Notes under the pieces: model-generated
Databases searched by the model: none
Seen by the model: the letters and a program-made list of their open reading frames with translations, nothing else
What the model was told of the DNA's origin: nothing
Origin: Spirochaetia bacterium
GTDB taxonomy: Bacteria; Spirochaetota; Spirochaetia; SZUA-6; Bin103
NCBI GenBank assembly: GCA_965203515.1
Contig: OZ241907.1
Span: forward strand, 1,504,001 to 1,568,000
Direction: 5' to 3'
Length of the DNA: 64,000 nucleotides
Program-made: the position numbers and the translations under genes
Part shown: positions 10,039-18,745 of the stretch, piece by piece
How positions within the stretch are numbered: position 1 is the first letter of the stretch
Layout of the letters: each line of letters begins with the position of its first letter

Positions 10039-10068
10039 ACCGGCCGTGCGGTGCGGATCGAGCCGGCG

Positions 10069-10629
10069 CTACGAGCGCGGCCGCTGGTTCTCCATCCTCG
10101 CCAGAATGTCGCGGATCTCGGCCAGCAGCTCGGCAGCGCCTTCCACCTTTTGGGGGGCACCGGCGGTCTCTTCACCACCGCCGACCGCCTTCTGCCGCTG
10201 GAGCAGGACCGCGTTGCGGAACTCGACCACGCCGGTGACCCCGACCAGCTTGCCTTCGCTCGAGTTCTCGCTCGACTGCCCCGCCGTCTCCACCCGCAGA
10301 CCGCGCAGCTTGTAGGCGCGCATGAGCGGCCCGTCGTACAGGCGAACGTCGGTGATCCGATTGAGCGGGATCGTCGCCTCCGAGCGGAAGAAGACGCCCT
10401 TCTTGACCTCCAGGGCCTGCGACGTGAGCCGGGCGGAGAGACGCTCTACGTACGCCGGCACGTACCAGAGGCTGAACAGGAGCCAGAACGGTATGAACGG
10501 GATGCCGACGACCGTGACCGCCAGGAAGGCCGACCCCACCCAGCGGACGTAGCATCCGACGGCTCGCTCGAACTGCGCTTCGCGAAGCGTCTCACCGGTC
10601 ACGTCGGCCGGATCGTTCATGTCTGCCAT
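10069..10629 (-). CDS. Bacterial PH-domain (bPH_2/YdbS-like) membrane protein
   Basis: Two TM helices, then KKGVFFRSEATIPLNRITDV..GPLMRAYKL..VETAG. Confidence 0.8.
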   Translation of the reverse strand: MADMNDPADVTGETLREAQFERAVGCYVRWVGSAFLAVTVVGIPFIPFWLLFSLWYVPAYVERLSARLTSQALEVKKGVFFRSEATIPLNRITDVRLYDGPLMRAYKLRGLRVETAGQSSENSSEGKLVGVTGVVEFRNAVLLQRQKAVGGGEETAGAPQKVEGAAELLAEIRDILARMENQRPRS

Positions 10630-10716
10630 AGCTTCCTGACGTTCAGGTTGGACCGGTCCCGCGCGCGTCGTCAACCGTCCGTCATGCAGTGTAGCCGCGC
10701 GCGACCGCTCCATTTC

Positions 10717-10760
10717 GCATGTTGACGTGCGGACTGCAAGGACACATGCTCGATACATGC
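10717..10760 (+). promoter_or_regulatory. Promoter TTGACG-17-CATGCT, 6 nt before the ATG, overlapped by GCATGT/ACATGC repeats (candidate antitoxin operator)
   Basis: -35 at 10722-27 and -10 at 10745-50; GCATGT at 10717-22; ACATGC at 10744-49 and 10755-60. Confidence 0.55.
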
Positions 10761-10987
10761 ATCGGATGATCCAGATCCGCAACGTACCCGAGCCGCTCCA
10801 CCGCACGCTCAAGGCGCGCGCCGCCATGGCCGGGATGCCGCTCTCCGCCTATCTGCTCCATCAGATAGCCGTGCTGGCATCGGTGCCGACGCCGCAGGAG
10901 ATGACCGCTCGGCTCAAACGGCTCGACCCGGTAACGCCTCAGGAGACCGCCGCCGAAGCGTTGCGCCGGACGCGCGACGAGCGGTGA
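10757..10987 (+). CDS. FitA/VapB-like ribbon-helix-helix antitoxin
   Basis: MIQIRNVPEPLHRTLKARAAMAGMPLSAYL is an RHH signature; GTGA overlap with the toxin gene. Confidence 0.85.
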   Translation: MHRMIQIRNVPEPLHRTLKARAAMAGMPLSAYLLHQIAVLASVPTPQEMTARLKRLDPVTPQETAAEALRRTRDER

Positions 10988-11421
10988 TCCCAGCCGATTC
11001 CTCGACCCCGGTCGCTTCGACTCCGCTCTCGATCGTGGTAGATGCCTCCGCCATAGTGGAGATGCTGCTGCGCACCGAGGCGGGGATTCGGGTCACGCCG
11101 CGGATCCAGACCACGGCTCACGCCGTCCACGGTCCTCATCTGCTCGACGCGGAAGTCACGCACGTGGTGCGCCGATACCAGTTGGCCGGCACGATCGACG
11201 CGGCGCGCGGCGCGGAGATGGTGGACATCCTGCGCGGCCTCGGCATCTACCGGCACGATCACCGGCCGCTTCTGCGCCGGGTCTGGGAGCTGCGCCACAG
11301 CGTCGGCGCCTATGACGCGCTGTACGTGGCGCTGGCGGAGGCACTCGACGCACCGCTGCTGACCGCCGATGAGCGGCTCGCCTCCACGCACGGCCATCGG
11401 GCGATGGTGGAGACGATCTGA
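10984..11421 (+). CDS. vapC: VapC-family PIN-domain toxin
   Basis: IVVDASAIVEML..LLDAEV..AYDALYVALAEALDAPLLTADERL. Confidence 0.9.
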   Translation: MIPADSSTPVASTPLSIVVDASAIVEMLLRTEAGIRVTPRIQTTAHAVHGPHLLDAEVTHVVRRYQLAGTIDAARGAEMVDILRGLGIYRHDHRPLLRRVWELRHSVGAYDALYVALAEALDAPLLTADERLASTHGHRAMVETI

Positions 11422-11453
11422 CGCGGCGGCGCGGAGGCGTCCGGCCGGCGCGT

Positions 11454-12695
11454 TCAGCCGCGTTCGACCGCGATCCGGTACACCATGTTGTCGGCCTCGA
11501 ACGGGTTGACCCGCGCATAGAAGCGCGGCAGGTAGAGCAGGATGTCGCCGCTGCCGCGCTCCTCGCGGGCGTAGAAGTTGGACAGCGTGAGGCGTTCGGG
11601 CTCGCCCGGCTGCCGATCGTCGATGGCGGTGATCGTGTCGCGTCGAAGCAGGCCGCTGCCGCGATCGACCTCCGCGATCACGATCGGATAACGCGGGCTG
11701 TTGCCGCGCGGATTGCCCTTGCACAGATTGCCGAGCCAGAACAGCCGGCCGTCGGTGTGATCGAGAAGCTGCGAGCAGGCGCTGGGCGAATGGAGCGGCA
11801 CGCCGGCGGTATCGGTCCACGGCCGCACCGCGCCGAACGTCCAGCCGCAGTCCTCGGAGATCGCGTACCAGCGGTAGCCCGGCAGCTCCGGCCGCACGTC
11901 GTTGGAGCCGCGCATCACCGCCAGCAGGCGGCCCGGCGACAGCTCGGCGATCGTGGCCTCCAGAAAGCCGCGCGTGGACCTGAGCGGATCGCCGATGATC
12001 CGCTCTGACATCTGCCAGCGGAGGCGCGGCCCGCCGTCGATCCAGCGCCCATGCAGCACCGCCGTATCGTGGAACGTGAACCCGCCGCCCTTGTTGTGAA
12101 AGGCGCCGTCCGGCCCCACCGGGCAGATCTGGCACGGCACCAGGATGTCGCCGGCATCGCGTCCGCCGCGCAGCGTCATCGGCACGCAGGTCAGGTCGCC
12201 CAGCATCACGCCGGCCCGACCTCGCCACACGCCCGGCAGCGGGTGATCGGCGTCGAACGGCGCGCCGTCGGCGTCGCTGCCGGCATGGACCAACGGCTCG
12301 TCGACCACGTCGGTCCGCCCGCCGTCCTCGGATACCGCGTAGTGCAGCATCCACTGCCGCATGCCCTCCAGCGGCTCGTCGGTCGGCAGCACGCCCTCCA
12401 CCCGCACGGTGACGTAACGATCGGTGGCCGCGTCCACGGTGCCGGCGCGCGGATAGCGCCGCCACGTGCCGCCCGCGCGCCGTTCGCCGGTGACGACCTC
12501 GGTGGCCGCTCCCCAGGTGGCGCCGCCGTCGGAGGAGCGGCGGTAGACGGCGAGATCGGCGGTGTCCGAGCGGGTGTGGTACGTGTGGACGCTGACCAAT
12601 TCGTGACCGGCGGCCCGCGTGTAGTAGGCGCCGCCGGCCACCCCGACGCCGGGGCCGGGGGACGGCACGAAGACCTCTTTGGAGACGACCCTCAT
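11454..12695 (-). CDS. BNR/Asp-box sialidase-like protein
   Basis: SSDGGATW, SEDGGRT and SEDCGWTF Asp boxes; EATIAEL..VMRGSN. Confidence 0.75.
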   Translation of the reverse strand: MRVVSKEVFVPSPGPGVGVAGGAYYTRAAGHELVSVHTYHTRSDTADLAVYRRSSDGGATWGAATEVVTGERRAGGTWRRYPRAGTVDAATDRYVTVRVEGVLPTDEPLEGMRQWMLHYAVSEDGGRTDVVDEPLVHAGSDADGAPFDADHPLPGVWRGRAGVMLGDLTCVPMTLRGGRDAGDILVPCQICPVGPDGAFHNKGGGFTFHDTAVLHGRWIDGGPRLRWQMSERIIGDPLRSTRGFLEATIAELSPGRLLAVMRGSNDVRPELPGYRWYAISEDCGWTFGAVRPWTDTAGVPLHSPSACSQLLDHTDGRLFWLGNLCKGNPRGNSPRYPIVIAEVDRGSGLLRRDTITAIDDRQPGEPERLTLSNFYAREERGSGDILLYLPRFYARVNPFEADNMVYRIAVERG

Positions 12696-12755
12696 GGCAT
12701 CGACTCTACGCCACCGGCCGGCACGGCGCCAGAGTGGGTGGGCGTCGTGGCTCCG

Positions 12756-14159
12756 CTATCGCGCCGGCCGATGGACGGCGGGGGTGACGCTGGCGAGCAC
12801 CATGTCGCGGATCGAACGGCCGGCCGGCAGGGCGCCGACGGCGCGCGCCTGCACCAGCAGGTTGCCGATTGCGGTGGCCTCCGCAGGGCCGGCCACGACC
12901 GTGCAGCCGCACGCGTCGGCGGTGAGCCGGCAGAGCAGGGCGTTGCGCGCGCCGCCGCCGACGACGTGCAGGACCGGCAGCCGCTCGCCGACCAGCTCCT
13001 CCAGCGTGCGCAGCTTCCGCCGGTACGCCTGCGCCAGGCTCTCCAGAATCAACCGCACCGTCTCACCGCGGGTACGGGGCGCCGGCAGCCCTCGGTCCCG
13101 GCAGTGGCGGCGGATGCGGGCCGGCATGTCGCCGGTACGCCGCGCGAACGCCGGATCGTCGAAGTCCACGATCGACCGCACGGAACGGGCGGCCTCCGCC
13201 TGCCGCGTCAACTCGCCATAGCCGGCGGCGCTTCCCGCATCGCGCCACGCGCGTTCGCACTCCTGGAGGACCCACAGGCCGGTCAGGTTCTTGAGGAACC
13301 GGACGGTGCCGTCGACGCCGGCCTCGTTGGTGAAGTTCGCCCGCAAGGCGGCATCGGAGAGCAGCGGCTCGGTCCGTTCGACGCCCAGCAACGACCACGT
13401 GCCGGAGCTGACGTAAGCCCACGGCGGACCGCCGGCGTCCGCCGGCACGGCGGCCACCGCGCACGCGGTGTCGTGCGAGCAGCCGGCCACCACCGCCACC
13501 CCCTCAGCGGTGCGTCCGATCGGCATGCCCGGCGGCACGATCGGCGGCCACGTTCGCGGGGCGAGTTGCAGACGCCGGATCAGATCGAACGCCCAATCGC
13601 CGCTGCGCACGTCCACGAGCTGGCTGGTGCTGGCGAGCGTTCGCTCGGCGACCGCGCGGCCACAGAACCGGTAGTGGAAATAGTCGGCGATCATCAGCCG
13701 CACAGCGGTTCGGGCGGTCAGCTCCGGTTCCAGGATGCGATCGGCCAGCGCCTGACAGAGGGTGTTGACCTCCATGAACTGAACGCCGGTGACGCCGTAC
13801 AGTTCGCGCCGCGGCACCTCCGCCAACGCCTGCGCCATCATCCCGGCGGTGCGCGGGTCCCGGTAGCAGTACGGGGCGCGTACCGGAACGCCGTCGCGGT
13901 CGAGCGGCACGTAATCGACCCCCCAGGAGTCGACGGACAGGCTGGCCAGCGCCGGAGCCGCGCGGCGCGCTCGCTCGTAACCGATGCGCAGCTCATCCCA
14001 GAGCGCCTGCAGGTCCCAGGTCAACCGCTCTCCGCGCTCGCGGATCGGCGTGGCAAAGCGGTGCACCTCGTCCACGCGCAGGCGGCCGCCGTCCAGCGTT
14101 CCCAGCACGGCACGGCCGCTGCCGGCGCCCAGGTCGAAGGCCAAGTGAGTGCTTGTCAT
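12756..14159 (-). CDS. rhaB: Rhamnulokinase (FGGY family)
   Basis: LAFDLGAGSGR, DSWGVDY, YRDPRT, SHDTACAV, SSGTWSLLG, FLKNLTGLW, VVGGG and GPAEATAIGN. Confidence 0.9.
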   Translation of the reverse strand: MTSTHLAFDLGAGSGRAVLGTLDGGRLRVDEVHRFATPIRERGERLTWDLQALWDELRIGYERARRAAPALASLSVDSWGVDYVPLDRDGVPVRAPYCYRDPRTAGMMAQALAEVPRRELYGVTGVQFMEVNTLCQALADRILEPELTARTAVRLMIADYFHYRFCGRAVAERTLASTSQLVDVRSGDWAFDLIRRLQLAPRTWPPIVPPGMPIGRTAEGVAVVAGCSHDTACAVAAVPADAGGPPWAYVSSGTWSLLGVERTEPLLSDAALRANFTNEAGVDGTVRFLKNLTGLWVLQECERAWRDAGSAAGYGELTRQAEAARSVRSIVDFDDPAFARRTGDMPARIRRHCRDRGLPAPRTRGETVRLILESLAQAYRRKLRTLEELVGERLPVLHVVGGGARNALLCRLTADACGCTVVAGPAEATAIGNLLVQARAVGALPAGRSIRDMVLASVTPAVHRPAR

Positions 14160-14229
14160 TCGAAGCGGTTGGAATCCAGGCTCCAAGGTACCGTGCACGA
14201 GGAATCTCGACACGGCGCGGGCTCAACGC

Positions 14230-14760
14230 TCAACGGCGCGCTCTTCTGAGCTTCGGGTACTCCTGACAAGCCTCTCTCAGTGACGGCGGCGCCGAAGGAT
14301 CAAGCCGTTGTCGCTCGTGGCACATTCGATACAGCTCGTCTGCGAGCGGATGGCAGTCACGCTCCCTCTTGAACTTCCGGTAGCTCTGCGTCTCGTCGAC
14401 GTCCGCGTCCCCACGGAGATAGGCGAACCATGTTTCGATATTTCGCTTCGGGACGATGATCATTACCGGATCATCCGGCGCTGTGGGGGAAACGCCCTTG
14501 CTCTTGCACTCGTCGTTCAACTGCGATCTCCTGAACGCCGTCGAATTGACGTCAGCATCGATGACCACGACGAGAACCGCCTTCTTTCTGCCACGAATGG
14601 CCTTCAGTTCATGTGGATAGCGCTTTCGAACCCACTTTTCTCCGGACCCTTCAACCAGAGGAAGTGTCAGGATGTCGTGAAATTTGCGTTTCCGCAAGAA
14701 ACGACGGACGAAGCAATCCGTCTGTGAATCTTCGCAGAGCAAGACTATGCTCGCGCTCAT
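14230..14760 (-). CDS. Putative TOPRIM-like nuclease (RloB/DUF4276/DUF4435-like)
   Basis: IVLLCED near the N-terminus, VVIDAD (DxD) and PKRNIETW; ATGA-coupled to the ATPase; AT-richer than the flanks. Confidence 0.55.
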   Translation of the reverse strand: MSASIVLLCEDSQTDCFVRRFLRKRKFHDILTLPLVEGSGEKWVRKRYPHELKAIRGRKKAVLVVVIDADVNSTAFRRSQLNDECKSKGVSPTAPDDPVMIIVPKRNIETWFAYLRGDADVDETQSYRKFKRERDCHPLADELYRMCHERQRLDPSAPPSLREACQEYPKLRRARR

Positions 14761-15860
14761 TCATCCCAGCCGCGGGCGATCGTCTCCGAAATCGTCAGTC
14801 CGTCCACCGTGGCTGCCGGTTCTTTGCTGACGCGTACCGGACCGTCTCCTTCGCGATAGAACCACCGGCCGTGGGCTCCTGCCATGTAGTCGATGGTCAC
14901 CGGATGATGGGAAACCACGACGATCTGCTCCAGCGACGTACCGCAACGCTCATTGGCCTGCGCCAGCCAGGGCTGAATCTCCCGCAGCGAGAGGTAGTTG
15001 TCGGGTTCGTCGATGAACAGCGAAGCCCGGCGATCTTCCACCAGTATGATCAGGCTGTACAAAGCGATCAACGCCCGTTGACCGTCGGAGAGCTGGTCGA
15101 ACCCGTAGTCGCTCGTGCCGTCTGCCGAACTGCGAAACACCGCTTTGAGGGCGCGTGATTCCTCGCCCGATTCCCGCAGTCGGACCGAATGGAAATCCGG
15201 CATCGATTCTCGCAGAGCATCGAACAACTTGCTGATGGAACCCATGTTCTCCTGAGAAAAGTGACGATACCAGCCGACGAAGTTTTCCATCAACGGCTCT
15301 AGATGATCGTCTTCCGAACTGGTCTCCGGTTTGTAAAGAGGCGGACATGGCCTGACGATGATATAGTTCCGTATCTCCTTCTTGAATCGCGTGAGCTTGC
15401 GGTTGTCGGGGCGTGCATACAAGGCTCCGATTCCGGAAAGTGTCCAATCGAAGGGATATTCGGGACCCGACTCATAGTCGTCGTGATACAGTTGAGCTTG
15501 ACCACCCCGGAACTCGAAGATCGGTCGGCCGTCGTGTGCAAGGGTCTCCTCGGCGATCCGCATTCTGTCACGCGCCCGGTCGTGCTCTACCGTCAATCCG
15601 TAATCATACGTCCGGTCATCCAGGCGGATGCGGAGTTCGAACCGCTGCTCCTTTCTGTTCCCGCTCGACGTGAGGTCGCGGGCCGGAAATACCGCGTCGA
15701 CTCTTGCTCCGCGTACGATCAGGCGTTGGAGCCTGCGCAACACCGTGAGCACCGAAGTCTTGCCGGTCCCATTGGCGCCGAGGAACACATTCTCCTCGTC
15801 GAGCTCGATCTCGAAGTTGATCAGGCATCGGAAATTGTCGACATAGATCCGTTCGATCAT
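14757..15860 (-). CDS. ABC/AAA_21-type ATPase without membrane partner
   Basis: IYVDNFRCL, Walker A GANGTGKT, signature LSDGQR, Walker B FIDEPD and H-loop VSHHP. Confidence 0.9.
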   Translation of the reverse strand: MIERIYVDNFRCLINFEIELDEENVFLGANGTGKTSVLTVLRRLQRLIVRGARVDAVFPARDLTSSGNRKEQRFELRIRLDDRTYDYGLTVEHDRARDRMRIAEETLAHDGRPIFEFRGGQAQLYHDDYESGPEYPFDWTLSGIGALYARPDNRKLTRFKKEIRNYIIVRPCPPLYKPETSSEDDHLEPLMENFVGWYRHFSQENMGSISKLFDALRESMPDFHSVRLRESGEESRALKAVFRSSADGTSDYGFDQLSDGQRALIALYSLIILVEDRRASLFIDEPDNYLSLREIQPWLAQANERCGTSLEQIVVVSHHPVTIDYMAGAHGRWFYREGDGPVRVSKEPAATVDGLTISETIARGWDE

Positions 15861-15909
15861 GATGGCATCACCCGTGTCGGCGTTGCATGGCGCCCGCGGC
15901 CGGAGCAGG

Positions 15910-16299
15910 TCATTCCTTGAGCGCCAGATAGATCGTGAGCTTCACGCGCGGCGCGTCGCCGCCGCTCAGGTCGCAGCGCAGGCGCAGCCAGCCGCCGAAG
16001 TGACGCAGCTCGAGCTGATAGAGGCCGGGGCCGCCCGCCCGCAGCTCGGTGACGCGCACCAGCTCGGCAGAAGGGCTTCTCCCGCGGTCTCGCAGGACCA
16101 GGCTTGGCTTGTCGCACCAATCGAGGCCGTCCGGCGAGACCTGCGCTTGGGCGCGGAGTACGGTCCCGCTGGTCAGTTCGGTCACGCGCACGAACCAGGT
16201 CGCCTCGCTCGCCCAGCCGCACTCCATCGGCTCGGTGTCGAAGCCGTGCCCGTAGGTCTCGTTCTTTTCCAGGACCGCGGTGTGAAAGCGGCGCAGCAT
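15910..16299 (-). CDS. Conserved hypothetical protein (tentatively DUF6385-like)
   Basis: TEPMECGWASEA..QVSPDGLDW..HFGGWLRL..YLALKE; the family is recalled from memory, not searched. Confidence 0.55.
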   Translation of the reverse strand: MLRRFHTAVLEKNETYGHGFDTEPMECGWASEATWFVRVTELTSGTVLRAQAQVSPDGLDWCDKPSLVLRDRGRSPSAELVRVTELRAGGPGLYQLELRHFGGWLRLRCDLSGGDAPRVKLTIYLALKE

Positions 16300-16300
16300 C

Positions 16301-17215
16301 TCACCAATCCACGCTGACCAGGACCGAGTCCAGGAACAGGAAATTGCGCACCGGCAGGTGCGTGCGCACGTCGACGCAGAAGTTCAGCAGCCGGTCGCAG
16401 CCGTAGTACGGGTGGTCGTACACCGGAACCGGCAGCTCGCGCAGGTCGAGCGCGCGGTCGTTCACCCGCAGCTCGACGTTGCGGCGCGCCGCCGTGTCGA
16501 AGGTCCAGCTCAGATAGTTCCAATTGATCTTGGTCGGCACCTCGTTGTGGCACAGCGAAAAGGCGCCGCCCGGCACCTCCTCCCAGTCGTCCGGATGCAC
16601 GGTGTGGTAGTCGGTCGGCGCCGGCATGCCGGCGAGCTGCATCCTGGTGGTCACCTGCAGCGAGGTCTTGTACATCCACTTGCGCACGAAGTTGCCTTCG
16701 AAGTCGGTGTTGACGTAGCGCAGCGCGCAGTGATGGCGCGTGCCGTCCGGGCCGTCGTTGACGTCGTTGCTGAAGCAGAAGTCGCCGAACATCGCCTCCA
16801 CCGGGTGGTAGTTGCCGTCCCATCGCTTCGGGCCGGTGAGCGCCGGATCGAACACCGTCTCCGCCTTATAGGTGAACCAGGTCTCCAACCGCACCAGCCC
16901 GCGCCTGACGTACGTGACCCGCTTGATGAGCTGATTCATGTGATTCACGCGCGGGCGCGTAGCAAGCTTCAACGAGTAGACCCCGTCGAAGCTGCCGTGC
17001 GTGCCGATGTCGAAGAAGGTGCAGGTGCTGAGCTGCGCCGGCCGCAGGTCGCGCACCAGCGGGCGGATGTTGTCGAGGTCGTTGTCGTGATTGCCGACCA
17101 GCTCGCACCAGCCGTTGATCCCCTCGTCGAAATCGTCGAAGAACAGTACCCGCGGCAACGGATCGAACTTGGCCAGGCGCACGTCGGCGGCGCCGGTCCG
17201 CCGCAGCCGCGTCAC
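16301..17215 (-). CDS. Conserved hypothetical protein (tentatively DUF6772-like)
   Basis: GTGA overlap with the upstream gene; FDPLPRVLFFDDFDEGINGW..LFLDSVLVSVDW; strong coding-type codon usage. Confidence 0.6.
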   Translation of the reverse strand: MTRLRRTGAADVRLAKFDPLPRVLFFDDFDEGINGWCELVGNHDNDLDNIRPLVRDLRPAQLSTCTFFDIGTHGSFDGVYSLKLATRPRVNHMNQLIKRVTYVRRGLVRLETWFTYKAETVFDPALTGPKRWDGNYHPVEAMFGDFCFSNDVNDGPDGTRHHCALRYVNTDFEGNFVRKWMYKTSLQVTTRMQLAGMPAPTDYHTVHPDDWEEVPGGAFSLCHNEVPTKINWNYLSWTFDTAARRNVELRVNDRALDLRELPVPVYDHPYYGCDRLLNFCVDVRTHLPVRNFLFLDSVLVSVDW

Positions 17216-18567
17216 GCCATCCACCGCGGCCAGACCGGGTCGGCCAGGAAGAGCTGCGACTGCCGGCGGTCGCCGGCTCCGTAGGCGACCCAGCGGTCGT
17301 CCGGCGAGAAGACCGGATGCGGATGGCAGCAGCGCCACACCGTGTCGTGGCGCGCCAGCGGGCGCATCTCGATGAACGGCCCGCGCGTTCTGAACAGGCC
17401 GATCCAGCGGTGCGCCTGCGGCCAGCGGTAGCCGGTCGGCCCGACGGCGGCCGGGTCGGGACGCGCCGACGACTCCGGCGGCTCGGCGGCCTCGCCCTCC
17501 CCCGCGTCCGCGTACCGGTCGGGATCGCCCCGCCCCTCGAACCAGTGCAGGCCCGGGTCGGCGGCGTCGCCCACCCAGAGATCGGCCCGCGAGTTGCACT
17601 TGAAGTGCACGGGCTCGCGGCCCGGAAAGACCCAGCGGCGGTCGACGCGGTCGATCAGGTCGACGTCGATCATCTCCACGCGCCGCACCGGGCCGACCGG
17701 GACGCCTTCGCGGTCGCGCTCCGTGAAGGTGAACAGCAGCGACTCGACGCGGTTGCCGGGCGCCGGGAAGTAGTGGTTGACCATCTCGAACGGCTGCTGG
17801 TCGAAGATCGGCACCGGGTCCTGCAGCGGTGTCAGACGCTCCAGGTCGACCCGCATGAACCACATGGTCTTCAACCCGGTCGGCTGCGTGCGGGTGTAGC
17901 TGCCGAAGAAGAGGTAGGAGGGATCGCCCCGGCAGATGAACAGGTGGCTGTCGGCCGCGGCGCGGTTCTCGGCGCTCGGTCCGTGGTAGACCACCGCCTG
18001 CCGCCGCTCCTGCAGGTCGCACAGCACCACCAGCGTCTCGCTGCCGTGCCGGTAGCGGTTGTCGGCCCGCCACGGCCATTCCGGCGCGTGCTCGGGCCGG
18101 CAGCCCAGCACCAGGTAGCGTCCGCAGCTCGACAGGTCGGGGCCGCTCAGCGGCCCGCATCCCGGCGGCGATTCGGCCACGACCTCCTCGCGCAGCGTCT
18201 CCATGTCGAGGCAGCAGACCCGCGCGCCGCGGCTGTAGTAGATGCGGCCGCGCACCGGATCGCAGGTGAAGCCGGCCGACCCGTGGCCGCCGCCGGCCCG
18301 CCGCCCCACGTCGGCCAGCACCGGCGGGTCCCGGGAATCGGTGAGCTGCACGATCGCGCCGGAGCGGAGCTCCACCGCGTAGATCTGGCCGATGCCCGAC
18401 CGGTTGGAAGCGAACACGAACCGCTCCGAGCCGTCGACGAACCCCTCCTGGTTGTAGTACGGGTGGACGTTGAAGCACGGCGCGTCGGTGAGCTGCACCA
18501 CCCGCACGCCGGTCGACGGCTCCCGGTACTCCCGCTTCTCCGCAGGCAGAACGTCACCTCGCGCCAT
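17212..18567 (-). CDS. Oligogalacturonate lyase-like beta-propeller protein
   Basis: EPSTGVRVVQLT..HPYYNQ..FASNRSG..IVQLTD at the N-terminus; HPHPVFSPDDRWV at the C-terminus. Confidence 0.7.
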   Translation of the reverse strand: MARGDVLPAEKREYREPSTGVRVVQLTDAPCFNVHPYYNQEGFVDGSERFVFASNRSGIGQIYAVELRSGAIVQLTDSRDPPVLADVGRRAGGGHGSAGFTCDPVRGRIYYSRGARVCCLDMETLREEVVAESPPGCGPLSGPDLSSCGRYLVLGCRPEHAPEWPWRADNRYRHGSETLVVLCDLQERRQAVVYHGPSAENRAAADSHLFICRGDPSYLFFGSYTRTQPTGLKTMWFMRVDLERLTPLQDPVPIFDQQPFEMVNHYFPAPGNRVESLLFTFTERDREGVPVGPVRRVEMIDVDLIDRVDRRWVFPGREPVHFKCNSRADLWVGDAADPGLHWFEGRGDPDRYADAGEGEAAEPPESSARPDPAAVGPTGYRWPQAHRWIGLFRTRGPFIEMRPLARHDTVWRCCHPHPVFSPDDRWVAYGAGDRRQSQLFLADPVWPRWMA

Positions 18568-18612
18568 ATTTCGCCAACCCCGGTTCATTATCGCTCCGGC
18601 CCGCCGGCGCGG

Positions 18613-18724
18613 CTACCGGCCGGCCCGGTGCCGTGTGGTGCTGGCCGATCCACGCCTCCTCATAGCCCAGCCGGTCGCAACGGACCACCAGCTCCAGGTC
18701 ATCTTCGAAACGACGCGAAACCGG
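18613..18724 (-). pseudogene. Relic of a luciferase-like monooxygenase (LLM) N-terminus
   Basis: Minus-strand PVSRRFEDDLELVVRCDRLGYEEAWIGQHHT resembles the LLM motif 'DRLGFDEAWIGEHH'. No start codon and no remainder of the gene. Confidence 0.65.
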
Positions 18725-18745
18725 GTAGACTCCTCCCTGCCGCGG

